Positions 26,946 to 32,000 of a stretch of DNA of 32,000 nt are shown here, piece after piece; within the stretch, counting starts at the first letter, position 1, and every line of letters begins with the position of its first letter. A program made the translations under genes and the position numbers. The stretch spans positions 2,760,001 to 2,792,000 of the forward strand of contig NC_010546.1 of NCBI RefSeq assembly GCF_000017845.1, in the 5' to 3' direction. The stretch comes from Crocosphaera subtropica ATCC 51142 (lineage in GTDB: Bacteria; Cyanobacteriota; Cyanobacteriia; Cyanobacteriales; Microcystaceae). Under the pieces are notes generated by a model, which saw only the letters and a program-made list of their open reading frames with translations, had not been told where the DNA came from and searched no databases.

Positions 26946-27061
26946 AATTGATAACTGAATCACTGACCGTTCGACATAGCTCAGTACAAGTAACTGATCA
27001 CTGAATAAATGTTGTACATTAAAAAGTGAAGTCACTTTGATAATCTAAGGAGCAACCCGTA

Positions 27062-27571
27062 ATGACATGGCGTGGTTCAGTGAGTATTCCCGATCGCATT
27101 TTTGGCACTTTAGTGTATTGCTTTGCCGTTTATGACACCTTATTTTTTGGGAGTTTCCTATTACAACAGTTTCCAGTCTTTAACTTTCTATTGCTTCCTG
27201 CGTTACCAGTGGGACTCACCTATAGTTTATTAGGGACATTGCTAGGACCCTTAGGGCGTTTTGGCAGTTTTCTCGTCTTTATCCTTCTGTTTGCATTGGT
27301 CGTCCGTAACGATCGCATTAGCCATTTCATCCGTTACAATGCCATGCAATCGATTCTTATTGGTATTTTATTGGCTTTAGGCGGAATTATTATGCAATTT
27401 GTGATCATTCCTGCTTTGGGCGGTAGTGGTCTTTTCATTGAAACCCTTTTCAATGTGTTATTTTTAGGTGGTCTTGCAGCCTCCTACTTTTCTATGATCC
27501 AATCAGTATTAGGCCGTTATGCAGAAATTCCTACGATTTCTGAGGCTGCTTATTCTCAGGTTCGCTGGTAG
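27062..27571 (+). CDS. Tic20-family membrane protein
   Basis: 169 aa, 4 TM. IPDRIFGTLVYCFAVYD...FIRYNAMQSILI is characteristic of cyanobacterial Tic20 homologues. Confidence 0.8.
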   Translation: MTWRGSVSIPDRIFGTLVYCFAVYDTLFFGSFLLQQFPVFNFLLLPALPVGLTYSLLGTLLGPLGRFGSFLVFILLFALVVRNDRISHFIRYNAMQSILIGILLALGGIIMQFVIIPALGGSGLFIETLFNVLFLGGLAASYFSMIQSVLGRYAEIPTISEAAYSQVRW

Positions 27572-28358
27572 TGGTATTAGAGGTAGGCACACTCATGACA
27601 GGGTTTTCAATGCTACCAATACCCTCAATTTCTACTCGAACACGATCACCCACATTAAGGGGACCGACCCCTTCGGGGGTTCCCGTGAGAATAACATCCC
27701 CTGGAAACAGAGTCATAATCTGAGAAATATAAGAAACGATCGCTTGAGGAGAGAAAACCATATCCTGAACTAAAGCGGACTGTCGAGGTTCTGTCTCATT
27801 ATTAACAAAGGTTTGAATGGCTGCGGCCGCACTTAATTCACGGATTACCCAAGGACCCAAAGGACAAAACGTATCAAATCCCTTGGCCCGAACCCACTGA
27901 TTGTCTTTTCTTTGAAAATCACGGGCTGTAATATCATTAGCGATGGTATAACCCCAAATTTTACCACGGGCTTCTTTCTCAGAACAATTTTTAGTCACTT
28001 CTGCTATCACTAAAGCTAACTCCCCTTCATAGTCAACCTGTTGAGACTGGTGAGGATAGTAGATAGGTTGCCCTTCTCCAATCAGGGTCGAAGGGGGTTT
28101 AAGAAAGAGTAAAGGTTCTTGAGGCACAGTATTACCCAGTTCCTCTGCATGGGCTTTATAATTTCTCCCCACTGCAATAATTTTGGAAGGAAAACAAGGG
28201 GCTAAAAATTCATAACTATCAGCTTTTAAGACAACACCACTGGGTTGTCCTCCGTCCCAAGGGGCAGTATCAAACACCGCCACACTGCGGTTAAGATTAA
28301 GTGAACCATAATGGATGTTTCCTTGAGTTGTTTTTACTCGAACGTAGCGTTGCGGCAT
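27531..28358 (-). CDS. Fumarylacetoacetate hydrolase (FAH)-family protein
   Basis: VGRNYKAHAEE, VDYEGELALVI, GFDTFCPLGPW and TGTPEGVG. A 22-aa Ser/Thr/Pro-rich tail overlaps the tic20 3' end. Confidence 0.88.
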   Translation of the reverse strand: MPQRYVRVKTTQGNIHYGSLNLNRSVAVFDTAPWDGGQPSGVVLKADSYEFLAPCFPSKIIAVGRNYKAHAEELGNTVPQEPLLFLKPPSTLIGEGQPIYYPHQSQQVDYEGELALVIAEVTKNCSEKEARGKIWGYTIANDITARDFQRKDNQWVRAKGFDTFCPLGPWVIRELSAAAAIQTFVNNETEPRQSALVQDMVFSPQAIVSYISQIMTLFPGDVILTGTPEGVGPLNVGDRVRVEIEGIGSIENPVMSVPTSNTTTSEPENKQPQKS

Positions 28359-28567
28359 AAACTTGAGCAGTCAGTTAGGTTAGAAGTTGACCAATCAGCC
28401 ATTGAATATCATAGCCATCAGTCATAAAGTCGTAGTATGATTTTAAAGGAATCTGTCTCAAAAAGAAGACCTTTTTTCATTTGATTAGTTTCGAGTGATC
28501 CTTGCTTCTTGATCTCAACACCGTAAATTGATCGCGAAGCCAACTTGTCCACAAGGAGTTTAAACCA

Positions 28568-28927
28568 ATGAGCCAACATTACGAAATGATTTTTATCTTG
28601 CGTCCTGACCTTTCAGAAGAGCAAGTTAACCAAGCTGTAGCCAAATATCAAGAATTCTTAACTGAGAATAACGCCACAGACCTACAAACGAAAATTTGGG
28701 GCAAACGTCGTCTTGCTTATCCTATCCAAAAAAAGGTTGATGGCATTTATGTCCAATTTAATTATCAAGCCGATGGCAGCCAAGTTGCCCCCCTAGAACG
28801 GATGATGCGGTTAGGGGAAGATGTCATGCGCTACCTGACGATCAAATTGGATCACGTCTCTTCAGAAACAGCAGAAGAAGAAGAATCAGAACCAGCACAA
28901 AGCGAACCCGTTGCTTCTGAAGCTTAA
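28568..28927 (+). CDS. rpsF: 30S ribosomal protein S6
   Basis: [16 protein letters not shown]...[12 protein letters not shown]...GIYV, with an acidic C-terminal tail. Confidence 0.95.
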
Positions 28928-28937
28928 GGAGCAAACC

Positions 28938-28990
28938 GTGAGCAGTAAACAGTGAACAACGCATTTAAGCCTTAACTGCTTATTGCTCAC
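28938..28990. repeat. Heptamer-repeat hairpin between convergent rpsF and rlmN
   Basis: GTGAGCA|GTAAACA|GTGAACA tandem heptamers (28938-28958). The 5' arm GTGAGCAGTAA pairs with TTATTGCTCAC (28980-28990): 11 bp including one G-U. No U-tract. Confidence 0.5.
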
Positions 28991-29001
28991 TAACCAGTCC
29001 T

Positions 29002-30033
29002 TTAATTTTTTGCTGCGGACATCGCTCTTAACTGTCCGCAAGCAGCATTGGCCTCTAGTCCTCTTGAATAACGAACACTAACAGCAATTTTATGCTCTTC
29101 TAAAATACTTTTAAACCGGTTAATACTTTCCCCATCGGGCCGTTGATAGTCGGCTTCTTCTATAGGGTTATAAGGAATTAAATTGACATGACTTTGAAAT
29201 CCTGTAAGACATTTGGCTAACTGTATCCCTTGTTCGGGTAAATCATTCACTCCACCCAATAAAATATATTCAAATGTCACTCTTCGTCCAGTGATTTCTA
29301 CATATTTACGACAGTCAGCTAATAGTTTAGGCAGAGGATAAGATTTGGCACTGGGGATTAATTGTTCTCGTAAGGTTTGATTAGCAGCATGAAGACTCAC
29401 CGCAAAAGTTACTTGTAATTGATGATGAGCCAATTCTAAGATTTTTTTCGGAACCCCAACAGTGGAAATGGTTAGCGATCGCTGTCCGATTCCTACATCT
29501 TGATTAAGGATTTTAACTGCTTTTATTACCTCTTTGAGATTCAATAAGGGTTCTCCCATTCCCATGAAGACAACATGACTTACCCGGCGTTGAAAATCCT
29601 CTTGTACAGTTAACACTTGATCCACAATTTCTGCACAGGTCAAATTTCTAGTATATCCTCCTTTTCCCGTGGCACAAAAATCACAATTCATAGGACAACC
29701 CACTTGAGATGAAACGCAAACTGTTAAGCGTTTTGAGGTGGGAATACCAACGGTTTCAATAATTAATCCATCTCCTAAACTTAAGAGGTATTTTCTGGTT
29801 TGATCTGGGGCAATGGTACAGTGAACGATGTTAGAACGACCAATGGGATAATCTTTTAATTCTTCTCGCCAAGCTTTGGGAAACACAGAAATTTCTGTTA
29901 GCGATCGCACGCCTTTTTGATATAACCATTGATGAAGTTGTTTTCCCCGATAAGCGGGTTGTCCTTGTTGTTTTACCCAGTCCGTTAATTGCCCTACAGA
30001 CTTACCTAATAAGGTTTCTTCTTGTCCTTTCAT
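29002..30033 (-). CDS. rlmN: 23S rRNA/tRNA m2A methyltransferase RlmN (radical SAM)
   Basis: [14 protein letters not shown] (N-terminal domain), [16 protein letters not shown] (CxxxCxxC), MGMGEPLLN and the C-terminal AACGQL. Confidence 0.92.
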
Positions 30034-30067
30034 AGTACATAATTAATTTAATTGATGAAGAGCTTAA

Positions 30068-30505
30068 TCAGGGAAGATATTTCTGCACCACAGTCCACCC
30101 AGTTAAACTAACAAAAGCAAAGCTAAAAAAAAGCATAATATTAGTGCCAATATGTAGCCAGCGCATTCTAGGTTTTTCAGGACTAATTTGCGTTGCAGCC
30201 GTAGCAGAAATTAACACTAAAATAACCGTTAATAATCCAGCCAACAAGTGAAAGGAATGGCCTAAACTTCCATAATGTCCTAAGGTACCGACTAAACCAA
30301 TCACTAATAATAATAACACTAAAATTACCATGATTGAACCGATAATATAATGAAGCCAACGTAACCATACTGGACGAGATACTTGACGATGGCGGCCATA
30401 AAACATCCATCCTCCAGATAACCCTAGTAAAACATAGGCAAATAAAGATAAACCCATTGACCAAGCTGCAATTTTCCACAGCCATAAAAAAGATGGTAAA
30501 TTCAT
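30068..30505 (-). CDS. DUF4079-like 4-TM membrane protein with conserved His residues
   Basis: 145 aa with His-containing TM helices (WLHYIIGS..., GHYGSLGHSFHLLAG). It lies 34 nt upstream of rlmN on the same strand. Confidence 0.6.
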   Translation of the reverse strand: MNLPSFLWLWKIAAWSMGLSLFAYVLLGLSGGWMFYGRHRQVSRPVWLRWLHYIIGSIMVILVLLLLVIGLVGTLGHYGSLGHSFHLLAGLLTVILVLISATAATQISPEKPRMRWLHIGTNIMLFFSFAFVSLTGWTVVQKYLP

Positions 30506-30607
30506 AGTTAATCGTTTAATTGTTCTTGACTCTATTTCTGTTTCTTCACACTACCCTTCCATATCTTACCTAATAACTGATAACGGGTTAGGGGTTACTG
30601 TTTACTC

Positions 30608-30629
30608 AAAAAAAAAGCCCCAATGGGGC
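30608..30629 (-). terminator. Rho-independent terminator downstream of the DUF1830 gene
   Basis: The minus strand reads GCCCC-ATT-GGGGC followed by nine U (A-run 30608-30616 on the plus strand). It is 48 nt after the stop at 30677. Confidence 0.6.
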
Positions 30630-30676
30630 AAACTCAGCTAGATTTTTTCAACAATGAATTGTCATTATTCGACCTT

Positions 30677-31057
30677 TTAAACTAATGCAGCTTTTAAATG
30701 GGTGAATGGATAGTTGTGTTTATCACTGGGTTGTATGGTTTGTTTTTTATCAGTAGAAGCACTAACAGAAACAAATTCTTCCTCTATTTCGTCATCGCTT
30801 CCATCGCTTATACAAAGACGCTCACAAGGAATGGTATCTGAGAGAATGGCACTAGCCATCATTCCCGTATGAATTTCAAGTTGTGCCTTGGGCAAAGCTT
30901 CAAAAACAAGGCGTTGTCCTGGGAAAACAACTCGCTCAAAATACCAGTTGTCTATGTTGGTAATACGAGCAACCTGAATATGATTCGTTGCGTTTACATA
31001 GCAGCAAAGTAGTACATTTCTTTGCCCAGTTGGAATGGGATCAAGGATCTGAGCCAT
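30677..31057 (-). CDS. DUF1830-domain protein
   Basis: LCCYVNATNHIQVARITNIDNWYFERVVFPGQRLVFEA...LEIHTG is the conserved DUF1830 core, followed by an acidic/variable tail. Confidence 0.75.
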   Translation of the reverse strand: MAQILDPIPTGQRNVLLCCYVNATNHIQVARITNIDNWYFERVVFPGQRLVFEALPKAQLEIHTGMMASAILSDTIPCERLCISDGSDDEIEEEFVSVSASTDKKQTIQPSDKHNYPFTHLKAALV

Positions 31058-31637
31058 AATAATTGAGGCAATTTAGTTTCTGATTGTTCATTTCTTCTTT
31101 ACCCTAGCACTCAGCGATCCCCATTAGCTGTAATCAATATTACATTCAATATTTTTCTTGCAAACTCTGGCATACCACTACAGTATTATGTTATCATATG
31201 TTACAAATTTTAGACAGCCTTCTTCAAGTATTCTAACCTAAGTAAAAAGCCCTATTCAAGCCCTTGTGAGCCGATTCCCTCTTCAATGAATCGACTGACT
31301 GGCTAGTTAAAATATCCATAAAGTTAAGATATATTACAACTTCTCAGTTATTTCCCAAAAGAAAAATAACTTTACAAAAGCGGGGATCGCCCAACAGGAT
31401 TAGAACAGGAAGAATAGCGATCGCTCCCAACCCCAACAGCTAACCAACCGAATTTTAAGATAACCATGAGTAAGACAGAGGGTATCGTTTATTTTCCCCG
31501 TCCTTGTAACCCCATATTTCCCAATATCAGGAAAAATTTGTGCAAGAGGCCTAAAAAACTCACAAGTCAAAATCTCTTCGGTGGCAAAAATTGATATTAT
31601 ATACAGAACATTGTAAATAAATATTACGGTTTCATTG

Positions 31638-32000
31638 ATGTACTTATATTACACTCTTGGATTAATAGCATTACTGGTAGTCATTGGCATTGTTGTCTAC
31701 CTAATCACTCCCCGCAGTTATGAATCGTCTGAAACAGTCGCTAATTCTTATGACGAATGGACTCAAGACGGAATTTTAGAATTTTACTGGGGTGAACATA
31801 TCCATTTAGGTCACTACGGTTCACCACCACGACGCAAAGACTTTTTACAAGCCAAGGCTGACTTTGTACATGAAATGGCGAAATGGGGTGGTTTAGACAA
31901 ACTACCTGCTGGTACTACCGTGTTAGATGTCGGGTGTGGAATCGGTGGCAGTAGCCGTATTTTAGCCAAAGAATACGGTTTTGAGGTAACAGGAGTTACC
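31638..32000 (+). CDS. MPBQ/MSBQ (tocopherol/plastoquinone pathway) SAM-dependent methyltransferase, sll0418-like; partial at the 3' end
   Basis: My translation from ATG 31638 is MYLYYTLGLIALLVVIGIVVYLITPRSYESSETVANSYDEWTQDGILEFYWGEHIHLGHYGSPPRRKDFLQAKADFVHEMAKWGGLDKLPAGTTVLDVGCGIGGSSRILAKEYGFEVTGVT. It has an N-terminal TM helix, the WGEHIHLGHYG motif and SAM motif I VLDVGCGIGG. The ORF is open to the window end. Confidence 0.75.
   Translation, partial: MYLYYTLGLIALLVVIGIVVYLITPRSYESSETVANSYDEWTQDGILEFYWGEHIHLGHYGSPPRRKDFLQAKADFVHEMAKWGGLDKLPAGTTVLDVGCGIGGSSRILAKEYGFEVTGVT

Noticed and set aside
26971-26990. tRNA-like fragment ...CATAGCTCAGTACAAG...
   Set aside because: It resembles a D-arm (TAGCTCAGT). 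However, no acceptor stem, anticodon arm or GTTCGAATC-type T-arm can be built around it, so it is not a tRNA gene.
27519-27773. Plus-strand 84-aa ORF
   Set aside because: It is antisense to the conserved C-terminal half of the FAH-family gene (GTPEGVG region), so it is a shadow ORF.
30183-30485. Minus-strand 100-aa ORF nested in the DUF4079-like gene
   Set aside because: It is an alternative frame of the same strand. The longer frame gives four clean TM helices with conserved His, whereas this one gives a Cys/Phe-rich sequence with no pattern I recognise.
31466-31594. 42-aa ORF (MSKTEGIVYFPRPCNPIFPNIRKNLCKRPKKLTSQNLFGGKN)
   Set aside because: It has no Shine-Dalgarno, no recognisable features and unremarkable composition. 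That is insufficient to call it a gene without conservation data.
1-32000. CRISPR arrays, transposases/IS elements, integrases, rRNA/tRNA genes
   Set aside because: I scanned for regularly spaced 25-40-nt direct repeats, DDE or tyrosine-recombinase-like ORFs and tRNA T-arm signatures, and found none.

Overview
This window is a cyanobacterial chromosome segment. Three things support that: at least 11 perfect HIP1 octamers (GCGATCGC), the cyanobacteria-specific pipX-pipY operon, and many cyanobacteria/plastid-lineage families (Tic20, Psb34/ssl1498-like, DUF1830, DUF4079, XisH/XisI, Uma2, sll0418-type MPBQ methyltransferase). The AT-rich composition resembles a unicellular Cyanothece/Crocosphaera-type genome, but that is only a guess. 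I support about 43 protein-coding genes, no rRNA or tRNA genes, no CRISPR array and no transposase. Most genes are housekeeping: fabZ, mgtE, hypE, desC, cofG, rpsF, rlmN, aminotransferases, a P450, an OYE reductase and an FAH-family hydrolase. They are interspersed with small accessory patches. These are a PIN/HTH toxin-antitoxin pair at the left edge, a Uma2 + xisH/xisI nuclease-fold cluster, and an AT-rich DUF4386 / pentapeptide / zinc-ribbon patch. The most unusual locus is 17141-21506. It holds an orphan SbtB-like PII-fold protein with no transporter partner, an unannotated 35-aa lysine-rich micro-ORF, and a strong interrupted hairpin. These are followed by desC, translationally coupled (TAA-a-ATG) to a 1005-aa FAD/Fe-S/CCG dehydrogenase of the YdiJ type, and the locus ends convergently against pipY-pipX. 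Other items worth a look are a secreted Gly/Asn/Gln-rich, Cys-rich 465-aa protein of unknown function, an XRE-HTH::GrpE-like fusion, STRR-like heptamer repeats in three intergenic regions, and several candidate operator motifs. All functional calls rest on reading motifs in the supplied translations by eye. No database search was run.
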